NCBI GenBank assembly: GCA_903831045.1
Contig: CAIKWG010000042.1
Span: 13,239 to 77,238, forward strand
Length of the DNA: 64,000 bases
Direction: 5' to 3'
Source: an uncultured archaeon
GTDB lineage: Archaea; Nanobdellota; Nanobdellia; Pacearchaeales; GW2011-AR1
This document shows, in pieces, positions 44,703 through 54,619 of the stretch. How positions within the stretch are numbered: the stretch's first letter is position 1; each line of letters starts with the position of its first letter. The position numbers were made by a program, and so were the translations under genes. The notes under the pieces were generated by a model. That model was not told the DNA's origin, made no database searches, and saw nothing but the letters and a program-made list of their open reading frames with translations.

Positions 44703-46078
44703 TTGATGAGCTTAGACAGGGTGAATCTGAATTAAGAGGAATTTTCTCTAGATTTAGAAGAAGAGATTTTTCTGGAAATGAAGGCCAAGCAATAAAAAAT
44801 TCTACATTTCAATTAGCTACTACAATTGTTGCAAAAATTGGTTCTTTAATTTTTACTATTCTAGTTGCAAGAATGCTAATGCCAGAATTGTTTGGGCTCT
44901 ATAGTCTAGCATTGGGAACTATCATCTTCTTTTCAACTTTTGCAGATTTAGGTGTTGGTTCTGCATTGATTACATTTGTATCCAGAAATATTTCCGAGAA
45001 AAAACTAGGTAAAGCAAAATATTATTTCAAGGTATTGCTCAAATACAAAGTAGTATTAATTTTTATTCCAGCAATAGTGCTTTTAGTTTTATCTCGTTTT
45101 ATTGCTAGTACATATTATAACAAACCAATCTTCTTTGCCCTAGTGGTTGGAGCAATTTATATTCCCCTAAATGGAATGATTAATTTTTTAAATTCAGCAT
45201 TAAACTCTTTAAACAATTTTAAGGCCCCTTTGATAAGAGAGATTATTTTCCAAATATTAAGAATATCTCTAATTCCTCTAATGATTTATTTATTTCTAAA
45301 AACAACTTCTCCATCGGTTTTAGTTGCAATTTTAATTTTAACGCTTTCCTTTTGTTATTGTATAGCCTTAATCTATTTGGCTTTTATCACAAGGAGAAAA
45401 TTTGCTTTTTTCAAAAAAGAAATGCCTGAAAAAATTTCTCCAGAAGAAAGAAAAAAATTAATTCAATTTTTAATTCCTCTATCAATAACTGCTCTATCTG
45501 GTATGTTCTTCGGATTTATTGATACTCTAATGTTGGGTCATTATGTTGACGCTACTAACATTGGATATTATAGTTCTGCCTTTGGTCTAATTGGTGCAGC
45601 AGGAGCATTGTTAACCTTTATGGGTTCTGCATTACTTCCAATTTTTTCTAGACTTAAATCTGCTTCTCTGGAAAAAGTTTTTAGAAAATCTGTAATTATC
45701 ACAACTCTTATCTGTATACCTGCGGCAATATTCACATTTTTTGCAGCAAAGTATATCCTCCTAATTTATGGAGCAGCTTATCTTCCTGCAGTTCCATTAT
45801 TAAAATTATTTTCGATATTTTTATTAGTTATTCCATTAATAGCTCTATATGAGGCATATTTTATCTCTACTGAAAATACAAAGAATATTGCAATTTTATT
45901 GGTTTGCAGTACTGTTCTAAATATTATTCTTAATTATTTTTTTATTAATTATGGTTTAAAGTTTGGAATGTTTGAAGCATTGATTGGAGCAGGAGTGGCT
46001 ACAATTCTAAGCCGTGCTATTTATCTTCTTAGCTTAACCATATCGAAAAAGATTCTTCTAAAGAACAATAATCTTTAA
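44699..46078 (+). CDS. Oligosaccharide flippase (Wzx/MOP family)
   Basis: ARMLMPELFGLY, DLGVG, DTLMLG, IGYYS; ~12 TM. Confidence 0.9.
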   Translation: MIDELRQGESELRGIFSRFRRRDFSGNEGQAIKNSTFQLATTIVAKIGSLIFTILVARMLMPELFGLYSLALGTIIFFSTFADLGVGSALITFVSRNISEKKLGKAKYYFKVLLKYKVVLIFIPAIVLLVLSRFIASTYYNKPIFFALVVGAIYIPLNGMINFLNSALNSLNNFKAPLIREIIFQILRISLIPLMIYLFLKTTSPSVLVAILILTLSFCYCIALIYLAFITRRKFAFFKKEMPEKISPEERKKLIQFLIPLSITALSGMFFGFIDTLMLGHYVDATNIGYYSSAFGLIGAAGALLTFMGSALLPIFSRLKSASLEKVFRKSVIITTLICIPAAIFTFFAAKYILLIYGAAYLPAVPLLKLFSIFLLVIPLIALYEAYFISTENTKNIAILLVCSTVLNIILNYFFINYGLKFGMFEALIGAGVATILSRAIYLLSLTISKKILLKNNNL

Positions 46079-46102
46079 AAACAACCCGCATGTTAGCAAA
46101 AC

Positions 46103-47086
46103 ATGGAAAAGAAAAATGCTCTAGTTTGTGGTGCTGGGGGTTTTATTGGAAGCCATCTTGTTAAGAGATTAAAAGACGAAGGATATTGGGTTAGAGGAGT
46201 TGATTTAAAATATCCAGAATTTTCTAAATCCGCTGCAGATGATTTTGTTCAAGGAGATTTAAGAGATTATTCAACATGTAGAACAGCTCTTGTTAAAAGT
46301 AATATAAATATTAAAGAATTTGATGAAGTGTACCAACTTGCTGCAGATATGGGTGGAGCTGGATACATTTTTACTGGAGTACATGATCTAGATGTTATGC
46401 ATAATTCTGCTCAAATAAACCTTAATTTTTCTAAATTGCATCCTCGTTTTAAGAAACTATTTTTCTCTTCTTCAGCTTGTGTCTATCCTCAGGATATCCA
46501 GAAAGACGTTAATAATCCTGGGTTAAGAGAAGAATATGCCTATCCTGCTAATCCAGATAGCGAATATGGATGGGAAAAATTATTCAGTGAGAGATTATAC
46601 TTAACAATGCAAAGAAACACAGGAGTGCCAGTTAGAATATCTAGATTTCACAATATTTTTGGTCCAGAAGGGACTTGGAACAATGGAAAAGAAAAAGCTC
46701 CAGCTGCAATGTCTAGAAAAGTTGCAGAAGCTTCTAATCCTGGAGAAATAGAAATTTGGGGAGATGGAGACCAGACACGTTCTTTTTTGTATATCGATGA
46801 ATGTTTGGAAGGAATTAGAAGATTAGTCAACTCAGATTATACAGGTCCATTAAACATTGGCTCTGAAGAAATGATTTCAATCAATAATCTTGCATTAATG
46901 GCTGCAGACATTGCAGGTAAATATATTTCTCTAAAGCATATTCCTGGTCCATTAGGGGTGAGAGGAAGAAATTCAGAAAATACCCTAATTAAAAAAGTTT
47001 TAGACTGGGCTCCAGATTATCCTCTTAGAAAAGGAATGGAAAAAACATATTCTTGGATTGCAGAGCAAGTTGAGAAGTCTAAATAG
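46103..47086 (+). CDS. GDP-mannose 3,5-epimerase-like NAD-dependent epimerase
   Basis: GAGGFIG, LAADMGGAG, SSACVYP, YGWEK, EKAPAA, GVRGRNS. Confidence 0.85.
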   Translation: MEKKNALVCGAGGFIGSHLVKRLKDEGYWVRGVDLKYPEFSKSAADDFVQGDLRDYSTCRTALVKSNINIKEFDEVYQLAADMGGAGYIFTGVHDLDVMHNSAQINLNFSKLHPRFKKLFFSSSACVYPQDIQKDVNNPGLREEYAYPANPDSEYGWEKLFSERLYLTMQRNTGVPVRISRFHNIFGPEGTWNNGKEKAPAAMSRKVAEASNPGEIEIWGDGDQTRSFLYIDECLEGIRRLVNSDYTGPLNIGSEEMISINNLALMAADIAGKYISLKHIPGPLGVRGRNSENTLIKKVLDWAPDYPLRKGMEKTYSWIAEQVEKSK

Positions 47087-47095
47087 GTTTATTTT

Positions 47096-47986
47096 TTATC
47101 TTTGTTCTTTGCTTATTTCTTTTAACACTTCAATAATGCCCTTACCTAAATCCATATAAATATTGTCTGTTATTTTTCGTGGAATTTCTTCTTGGTAAGA
47201 ATAGGGAGTTATTCTATAATGAGAATTTTTCTTTCCTTTTGAAACTTTAACATTATAATTTATTTTAATTCCACCCAAAATATCATTTATCATGTAAAAT
47301 AAATCTTTGACTTTAATTGGATGATGTCCAGTGATAATTATTGTTTTATTCTTATGCTCTTTTTCTAAGGCTTTTAGGGTTAATTTTGCAGCATCAATGG
47401 CATGGATATATTCTCTTGTTTCGGAACCATCTCCTGGGTAATCTATTTTTCTATTTGTCAGTGCTTGTTGTAAATATCTATAAAGGCTATTCGTCCTTGG
47501 AGCTCCGTATCCATAGACTGTTCCATATTGCAAAATAGTATAATCCAATCCAAAGTATTTTTGATAATCTTTGATTAAGGATTCGCAAGACTTCTTTGTT
47601 GAAGCATAAATTCCCCCAGCATCTCCCTGAGCATACAGACTACTTGCAAAAACAAATCTTTTAACTTTGTTTTTTGTACAGGACTCCAAGATTATAGTAT
47701 TACCCAGAATATTTGTTTTTACTGCCTCGAGTGGTTTTTCAATGCATTCTTCTAAATCTGCAATTCCAGCAAAATTGAAGACAATTTTTGCACCCTTTAT
47801 AGTATTTTCTATTTTCTTTCTATCCAATATTTCTCCCTGAATGAAAGTTATATCTTTTTCAAATTTATCTTTTGGTGCAACAAGGTCATAAACCCATACT
47901 TCAAAATTATTCATTAACAATTGTGCAACAATATGCTTTCCTAAAAATCCCGATCCACCAAAAACAACAACTTTTTCATTTTTCAT
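47096..47986 (-). CDS. NAD-dependent epimerase/dehydratase
   Basis: GGSGFLG, YASTK. Confidence 0.85.
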   Translation of the reverse strand: MKNEKVVVFGGSGFLGKHIVAQLLMNNFEVWVYDLVAPKDKFEKDITFIQGEILDRKKIENTIKGAKIVFNFAGIADLEECIEKPLEAVKTNILGNTIILESCTKNKVKRFVFASSLYAQGDAGGIYASTKKSCESLIKDYQKYFGLDYTILQYGTVYGYGAPRTNSLYRYLQQALTNRKIDYPGDGSETREYIHAIDAAKLTLKALEKEHKNKTIIITGHHPIKVKDLFYMINDILGGIKINYNVKVSKGKKNSHYRITPYSYQEEIPRKITDNIYMDLGKGIIEVLKEISKEQR

Positions 47987-48920
47987 TTTTCATTTTTTCA
48001 ATAAATGCCGTAGCATTTAATACTGCTCCTAGCTCCATGTCTAATCTACTCTTTTCTGTACAACTTCCAGCATGAGGACTTAGATGGCAATTTTCAAGAT
48101 TGATTAATTTACCATGATAAGGTTCATCAAGAAAAGTGTCTACTGCTGCCGAAGCAAGAGGATTTGACATTAGCCAGTTAACCAAATCTTCTTCGTCGAT
48201 GATTCCTCCTCTAGAAGTATTAATTAAGGCAGCTTCATTCTTCATGTAATCAAATTCCCTTTTTGTAATAAGATTTTTACTTTTTTCATCAAGGGGAATA
48301 TGAATTGTTATAATGTCAGATTCTCTGAGAATTGTTTCTAGACTAGCAATTTGAGAATCATCTAATTCTTTTAATTGATTTTTATCAATATCGTTGACAT
48401 AAATAGCTTTCGGAGTGAAACCGGATAATTTTTTATAAACTAGCTTCCCTATTCTTCCATAGCCAATAATTCCAACTGTTGATTCAGACAAATCTTTTCC
48501 AATGTGTCTTTCCCAGATACCCTGCCTTATCTTTTGATCCATATAAGGAATCTTTCTTAGCATATTTAACATATGTCCCAGGGTTAATTCTGCAACTGCA
48601 TTTGAGGGGGCATCTGGAGTATTTAGAACAGTTATTCCCTTCCTTGCACATTCCTCAAAGTCTATTCCATCAACTCCTATTCCTACTCGAGAAATGCATT
48701 GTAAACTTGGGCAATAGCTCAATGTTTCAAGATCATATTTTTCCGTTCCTGCTAGAATTATCTCTGGGTTAAACTCTTTTAATTCTTTAATCAATTCATC
48801 TTTCTTGTATTTTCTTCCAATAGTATTATACCTTACTTCATATCCTTGATTTTGAAGAGTTTGCCTTGGGAGGTTTTCTTTTTCTCCAAAAGGATGGGTG
48901 GTAACTAATATTCTAGTCAT
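47976..48920 (-). CDS. D-isomer 2-hydroxyacid dehydrogenase (phosphoglycerate dehydrogenase-like)
   Basis: GYGRIG, INTSRG, EPY, SPHAGS. Confidence 0.9.
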   Translation of the reverse strand: MTRILVTTHPFGEKENLPRQTLQNQGYEVRYNTIGRKYKKDELIKELKEFNPEIILAGTEKYDLETLSYCPSLQCISRVGIGVDGIDFEECARKGITVLNTPDAPSNAVAELTLGHMLNMLRKIPYMDQKIRQGIWERHIGKDLSESTVGIIGYGRIGKLVYKKLSGFTPKAIYVNDIDKNQLKELDDSQIASLETILRESDIITIHIPLDEKSKNLITKREFDYMKNEAALINTSRGGIIDEEDLVNWLMSNPLASAAVDTFLDEPYHGKLINLENCHLSPHAGSCTEKSRLDMELGAVLNATAFIEKMKNEK

Positions 48921-48987
48921 TAATTAGGGATTTATTCGTATTTTTTAAAGATTTGTATGCTCCAGAAATTGTTCCTAATCTAAGATT

Positions 48988-49692
48988 TTAGAGAGAGATT
49001 CCATAATTTTTTCCAGTTATGTCTTTCATTTTTTGGATGTTTTCCAAGAACAGTTCTGCCAAGGCAAAATCCAATGGTTCGTCAATATCCCATCCTTCAA
49101 CTTGATCCACTTCAAGCATATACGGATTATTTCCCACTCTTCTTCTATATTCTTTTAATGATTTATTTGTTATTGCGTAAAGGCCAGTTGTTTCAATCAT
49201 TAATGGAACAGCATCCTGAGATCTTGGAAGATTGCCGGGAAAATAGGTTATTGGTTTATTGTTAAACCAAGCCCAATCATGTTTCTTATTGACAGTAAAA
49301 ACGGAATCATGTTGAGTTTCTTCGAGAACAGTTATAGCTTTATTTATTGTCTCTGGGCTAAGAAAGGGAGCAGTTGCAAATAATTGAAAGTACATATCTG
49401 CATTCACTAAGTCTGCAGGGATGGTAATCATTCTATCCCCAGTAGTTGTTTTGTAAAAATATTCCTCAGGAACAGTTAATATTTCTGCTCCTAAATCTTG
49501 AACCTTTTTTTGTGCATCTAGACTGTTTGTTATTACATACACCTTATTTAGATTACTTTTGATGGCTTTTTCAATTATGTGCTGATAAAGGGGTTTATTT
49601 CCAAAGATTCTAAAATTCTTTCCAGGCACTCTTTCACTTATTTCTTTAAACGGAATAAATGCCACTGAATGCAATTTTTCTTCTATTGACAT
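48988..49692 (-). CDS. Acylneuraminate cytidylyltransferase family protein
   Basis: SERVPGKN, ATAPF, PRSQD, DID. Confidence 0.85.
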   Translation of the reverse strand: MSIEEKLHSVAFIPFKEISERVPGKNFRIFGNKPLYQHIIEKAIKSNLNKVYVITNSLDAQKKVQDLGAEILTVPEEYFYKTTTGDRMITIPADLVNADMYFQLFATAPFLSPETINKAITVLEETQHDSVFTVNKKHDWAWFNNKPITYFPGNLPRSQDAVPLMIETTGLYAITNKSLKEYRRRVGNNPYMLEVDQVEGWDIDEPLDFALAELFLENIQKMKDITGKNYGISL

Positions 49693-49737
49693 AAAATAGT
49701 TTTATCTCTAAGGCTTTTAAATATTACTATACTCCAG

Positions 49738-51078
49738 TTATTTTATCTTGCTCATTATTATCTCTTTGTAATACTGGGAGGTAGGTTTACCAGAAAGATA
49801 AAAATTGTTCTTGAATTCATTTTGATAAAACATTTTCCATTTTTGAAAAGTTTGTTGGTTTCGTAAATTAGTAAATGCTTCTTCAAGATTCTCTTCATTT
49901 TTGAACGTATCTTCATTATCCCATAAGCTTATGAGATTCTTATCTTCAAATCTAAGAATTGGATTGCCATATCTTAAGGCTTCCATTGCAATAGTTGTAT
50001 TGTGTAAAATTATAAAATCACTTTCTTCAATTCTTTTCTGAATTGGAATATCTGAACTTACAAAATGTATGTTTTTCGCATCCATTAATTTTTTATAATT
50101 TTCCAAATTATCAAACGGATGAACTGAAGGCTCGAAGATAATATCCAAATGTTTTTTTGCAAACTGATTAATTATTTTAGCCATATTCTCATTTGTAGAG
50201 GCATCATCAGTTGGAACTGGAAAGAATATCACGCATTTTTTTGGATTAAAACTGTCTTTTTTATTTTCAAATATCTCAGAATATTTAGGGTTACCAACTA
50301 TTATAAATTGAGATGAAGGAGCATATGTTTTCAATGTCTTGTAAGTTGTATTGCCCCATATAAGGTTATAATCTGAAATTAAGTTTTCTTTTAGCAATTC
50401 CATTGGTTGAAAATTGGGATAATCAACAATTAATCCGTGTTGAAGAGTAAATGAAGGGATGTTTCTTTTTTTAGCCAAAAGAGTTAAGATTGCATCTCCT
50501 TCAGAAGCTTGAGAGCAAAATGCAATATATGCTCTAGGATTAAATTTATTTAGAATATTCTCAAACTGGCGTATTTCTTGATGTCTCAAATAGGTTCTTG
50601 CAATAAAGAAGTGATAATTTTTATTCAAAATTTTTTTTAGTTTATTTTTTTTGAATAATCTCATTAGCTTAATAATCAAAAAAATATTTGGAAAGTTTAA
50701 AGAATATTTTAATATAGATTTTTTATTTTTGTATTCAAAACAATCGATTAATATTAATTCTTTTTTAGAAAATGCTTCTATAGATTTATTAAATAGTTCT
50801 AGATGATCCTTACGGTTCCAAAAGTATGAGGCCAAAATGCCTTTTTCTTTTCCTAAAATTGGAAAGTTATCTTTGATAAAAAAAGATTTTATAATAAAAC
50901 TAAATCTTTCTTTTTTTGTTCTATGCTCTTGATTTCTATAATAGGTGTAAACGTCATTTGCCATAATCGGCCATAGATTCAACCCATGATAATTCATATT
51001 TAGATAAAAATCTTTCATTGTTTTAATATAAGGGATTCTTTCATTCCAAAGTTTTTCCATCAATTTATCTAGTTTCAT
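49738..51078 (-). CDS. GT-B fold transferase (ulosonate/CDP-polyol transferase-like)
   Basis: LQHG, VGNPKY, HP, TTIAMEA. Confidence 0.6.
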   Translation of the reverse strand: MKLDKLMEKLWNERIPYIKTMKDFYLNMNYHGLNLWPIMANDVYTYYRNQEHRTKKERFSFIIKSFFIKDNFPILGKEKGILASYFWNRKDHLELFNKSIEAFSKKELILIDCFEYKNKKSILKYSLNFPNIFLIIKLMRLFKKNKLKKILNKNYHFFIARTYLRHQEIRQFENILNKFNPRAYIAFCSQASEGDAILTLLAKKRNIPSFTLQHGLIVDYPNFQPMELLKENLISDYNLIWGNTTYKTLKTYAPSSQFIIVGNPKYSEIFENKKDSFNPKKCVIFFPVPTDDASTNENMAKIINQFAKKHLDIIFEPSVHPFDNLENYKKLMDAKNIHFVSSDIPIQKRIEESDFIILHNTTIAMEALRYGNPILRFEDKNLISLWDNEDTFKNEENLEEAFTNLRNQQTFQKWKMFYQNEFKNNFYLSGKPTSQYYKEIIMSKIK

Positions 51079-51161
51079 TGCTTTAAATTGTTTATTCCTG
51101 TGGAAAGAAAGTGTGATTTAAGAATAATAATCCTTAAAAGCATTAAATTAATCCTATTTTC

Positions 51162-51659
51162 ATGAAATTAAACTTTGGTTGTGGTAGAGATGTTAAAAGT
51201 GGGTTTTATAATGTGGACATTCAAAAGGGTCCAGGCATTGACAAATCCTTTGACTTTGAAAAAACTCCCTATCCTCTAAAAGATAATCTTTTTGAGTATA
51301 TTCTGATAAATCAGGTTATAGAGCACATAGGCAATCTTCCTGCAGTTTTTGATGAATTGTATAGAATATCTAAGAATAAAGCAATAATAGATATTAGGAC
51401 TCCCTATGTTGGGAGTAAGTCTGCCTACTATGACCTAGGGCATAAATCTTTTTTTAATGATAGGTCTTTTACATCTATTTGTGGTACAGATTTCTATAAT
51501 ATAAAGAATAATAACAAGGAAAGATTTAGAATTAAAGAAATGGAGCTTGTTCCGCAAAGATATCTTAAATGGCTGGATAAAAGGATTTTGAAGCTTTTGG
51601 CAGTTTTTCTAAATAATATCAATGTTCAAATTAATGTTAAAATAGAAGTAGTCAAATAA
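51162..51659 (+). CDS. Class I SAM-dependent methyltransferase
   Basis: LNFGCG, VIEH, ELYRISK. Confidence 0.8.
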   Translation: MKLNFGCGRDVKSGFYNVDIQKGPGIDKSFDFEKTPYPLKDNLFEYILINQVIEHIGNLPAVFDELYRISKNKAIIDIRTPYVGSKSAYYDLGHKSFFNDRSFTSICGTDFYNIKNNNKERFRIKEMELVPQRYLKWLDKRILKLLAVFLNNINVQINVKIEVVK

Positions 51660-51693
51660 ATACTTTTTAAAATAGAGTTTTCTTTTATTTATA

Positions 51694-52623
51694 ATGGTAG
51701 TGTCCAAACAGTTTCAAACACCAGTTTTGTTTATAGTCTTCAATAAGCCAGAATCAACTAAGCTAGTTTTTGAAGAAATAAAAAAAGCAAAGCCAAAACA
51801 TCTATATATTGCAGCAGATGCTCCGAGAAAAAATAATGAAAAAGACAAATTTGCTTGTACGGAAGTTCAAAAAATTATAAAAAATGTAGACTGGCCATGT
51901 AATGTCAAATATCTTCTTCGTAAAGAAAATTTAGGATGTAAAATAGCGGAAAGTTCTGCAATGGACTGGTTTTTTGAAAATGTTGAAGAAGGGATTATTC
52001 TAGAAGATGACTGTCTCCCAGATCAAAGCTTTTTTAAATTTTGTTCAGAATTATTAGAGAAGTATAGATATGATGAAAGAATAATGCATATTTCTGGGAA
52101 TAATTTTCAAAGGGGATTTAAGAGAGATAGCTATTCTTATTATTTTTCTAAATATTGCTACATCTGGGGGTGGGCAACTTGGAGGAGAGCTTGGGAGAAA
52201 TATGATGTGAATATAAAAATTTATCCAGAGCTAAAAAAATTGGGTTATTTAAAAAATCTATATCCAAATATAATCGAAAGATTAAATCACAAATCTTCTT
52301 TAGATTTGTGTTATTATAAAAATTTTAATACTTGGGATTTTCAATGGAATTTTTCTGTTTTAGCAAATAATGGTCTCTCTATAGTTCCAAATAAAAATCT
52401 TGTTCAGAATATAGGGATGATTTCTGGAGCAACTCATATGACCTCATTTGACAAAGAACGTTCGTTAAAGGCAGAAACAATGGGCTTTCCACTGGTTCAT
52501 CCAAACTTTATGGTTCAGAATGAAAAATTAGATAAAAGATATTTTAGATGGACTCTTTTTAAAAAAGTAAGAAATTTTTTATTAAGAAAAACTGGTTTAA
52601 TAAAAATCTTTAGGATTAAGTGA
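51694..52623 (+). CDS. GT-A nucleotide-diphospho-sugar transferase
   Basis: IILEDDC, WGWATWRRAW, NLVQNIG. Confidence 0.85.
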   Translation: MVVSKQFQTPVLFIVFNKPESTKLVFEEIKKAKPKHLYIAADAPRKNNEKDKFACTEVQKIIKNVDWPCNVKYLLRKENLGCKIAESSAMDWFFENVEEGIILEDDCLPDQSFFKFCSELLEKYRYDERIMHISGNNFQRGFKRDSYSYYFSKYCYIWGWATWRRAWEKYDVNIKIYPELKKLGYLKNLYPNIIERLNHKSSLDLCYYKNFNTWDFQWNFSVLANNGLSIVPNKNLVQNIGMISGATHMTSFDKERSLKAETMGFPLVHPNFMVQNEKLDKRYFRWTLFKKVRNFLLRKTGLIKIFRIK

Positions 52624-53529
52624 GATTATTTTTCCTTTTTTATTTGAAAGTTCTGCAAGTTCAATTAATTTAACTATTTGAAATCCGTTTAATGCATCTG
52701 CTACAGGTTTTTCATAGCCCGCAATACTTTTTACAAAGTTTGAGCATTCTTCTTCAAGTGGATTTTTTTGAACAAATGGGATAATCTCATCTTTTTTATC
52801 AAATCTTCGCATCATGAGCTTATTTCCTGTATCATCATTAAATATTAAATTTTTATCCCCCCAGATACTTAATATTCTTTCTCTTGCTTTTCCAAAATTA
52901 TCAACTTGTATTTCTGCGTTAAATTTAGGATACTGTAGGTGTATCCTCCATAAATCTTCATTTTTACTCTTTTCATTTATTGAATAGATTTCTTCAGGCA
53001 TTTTATCTGCAAGGTAATTCATCATAGAAATATCATGGGGAGCAAGATTCCATAAGGAATTAATTGGATTGCGCGTTGCCCCAGATTTAATTCTCCTAGA
53101 AAGAACATAATTAACTTTTCCTAGCTTTTCTTTTTCTAGAATATCCCTTAATTCTATTAGCGCAGGATTATAAAGAAAAACATGTCCCACCATTAAGGTT
53201 AAATTTTTTTTATCCGCCAAGTTTAGAAGTTCCAGTGCTTCTTGTGAATTTTGAGTAAATGGCTTTTCCACCAAAACATTTTTTTTATGTTCCAATGCTT
53301 CTCTAGTTAGTTGATAATGGGTTTCAGGAGGAGTCGCGATTATTATTCCATCTATGCTGGAATCTTTTAATATCTCTTTATAATCAGGGGTGAATTTTTT
53401 ATCTTCAAGATTTATATTCGGTCTTTTCAAATCGCAAATAGTTATCAGTTTACTATCTTTAACTTTTTCAAGTGTCTGGATATATTTAGAACCCCAATAT
53501 CCGCTACCAATTAAACCGAGATTTATCAT
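52597..53529 (-). CDS. Gfo/Idh/MocA oxidoreductase
   Basis: IGSGYWG, VLVEKP, LAPHD. Confidence 0.9.
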   Translation of the reverse strand: MINLGLIGSGYWGSKYIQTLEKVKDSKLITICDLKRPNINLEDKKFTPDYKEILKDSSIDGIIIATPPETHYQLTREALEHKKNVLVEKPFTQNSQEALELLNLADKKNLTLMVGHVFLYNPALIELRDILEKEKLGKVNYVLSRRIKSGATRNPINSLWNLAPHDISMMNYLADKMPEEIYSINEKSKNEDLWRIHLQYPKFNAEIQVDNFGKARERILSIWGDKNLIFNDDTGNKLMMRRFDKKDEIIPFVQKNPLEEECSNFVKSIAGYEKPVADALNGFQIVKLIELAELSNKKGKIISLNPKDFY

Positions 53530-54617
53530 CCTAAAATTCCATCTTGTTTTAATCTTGATGTAAATTCTTCAGCGATTAATGGAGCAGAGATGAATTTACC
53601 TTCCAGAATAGAATAAACTCCAGGAAGAGAATCATGTTTTTTTATTCTAGTTGTTCTAGAATCTCCTCTAGCTTCTAGAGGAATTGGTCTTGCTCCGTAA
53701 AGGGATTTAACATACTTCAAATTATCTACAAAAGGGAAATATTTTCTACAATGATCCAATATTGCTTCTTTATTAGATTTTATTAAAGAATTCTCTAACA
53801 GATATCCTTCTTTTTGCTCTATAACCGAGTTAATAACATCATAGATAAGATATGATTCTTTTTTTTCATCCGAAGCCAAAGGCATTAGAGAAACAAATTT
53901 TCCATCCATAATTGTAAGAGGAGGCAAAGGAGTTTTACTTTTAACTACCAAAACTTCTGTTTTTTGAAGTTTGTATTTAACAAAATCATTTTCTAAACCA
54001 AGTGCTTTCATAACATTATTTGCATACGCATAAGTTGAATTTAGAATAATGTCAGTTGGTTCTTCTTTTATGACATCTAAATTTCTTATTAATAATTTAT
54101 AATCTGTTGCATTTGAATTTAATCCGACTATCTCTGAATTAGTTTGTATCTTAATTCTCATCTCTTTTGTTTCATCTTCTAATTCTTTTCTTAATATAGT
54201 TAAATTAAAAATTGGCTCTGGAACATTGAATCCATTTATTACGCTCCCTTCTCTAATGAATTCATCCGAAGGAATTTCTGTTTTATATGGAAGGTTTAAT
54301 TTATCGCAGAAATCCCTGAACTCTTCAAATGAAAGCTTTGAACTGCCTTCATCAATTAAATAATAATTGTCTTTCGGATAAAATAATACTTTTGGATATT
54401 TAGTAATAAAGAAATCCAAGCCTCTACTACACTCTAATGCAGTTTCACATGATCTTGGATAATGATAACCCATGTGGGCTCGATTGTGCGTTGATCCTGA
54501 TGTTCCGAGTAAAATTTCCTTTTCTTTCTCAAAAATTGTTACTTCTAATCCCTCTTTCGCCAATGCAATTGCAGAAGTAAGTCCATGGATTCCCCCCCCA
54601 ATAACTGCTGCTTTCAT
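53526..54617 (-). CDS. FAD-dependent oxidoreductase
   Basis: IGGGIHG, HMGYHYPR. Confidence 0.85.
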   Translation of the reverse strand: MKAAVIGGGIHGLTSAIALAKEGLEVTIFEKEKEILLGTSGSTHNRAHMGYHYPRSCETALECSRGLDFFITKYPKVLFYPKDNYYLIDEGSSKLSFEEFRDFCDKLNLPYKTEIPSDEFIREGSVINGFNVPEPIFNLTILRKELEDETKEMRIKIQTNSEIVGLNSNATDYKLLIRNLDVIKEEPTDIILNSTYAYANNVMKALGLENDFVKYKLQKTEVLVVKSKTPLPPLTIMDGKFVSLMPLASDEKKESYLIYDVINSVIEQKEGYLLENSLIKSNKEAILDHCRKYFPFVDNLKYVKSLYGARPIPLEARGDSRTTRIKKHDSLPGVYSILEGKFISAPLIAEEFTSRLKQDGILG

Positions 54618-54619
54618 TT

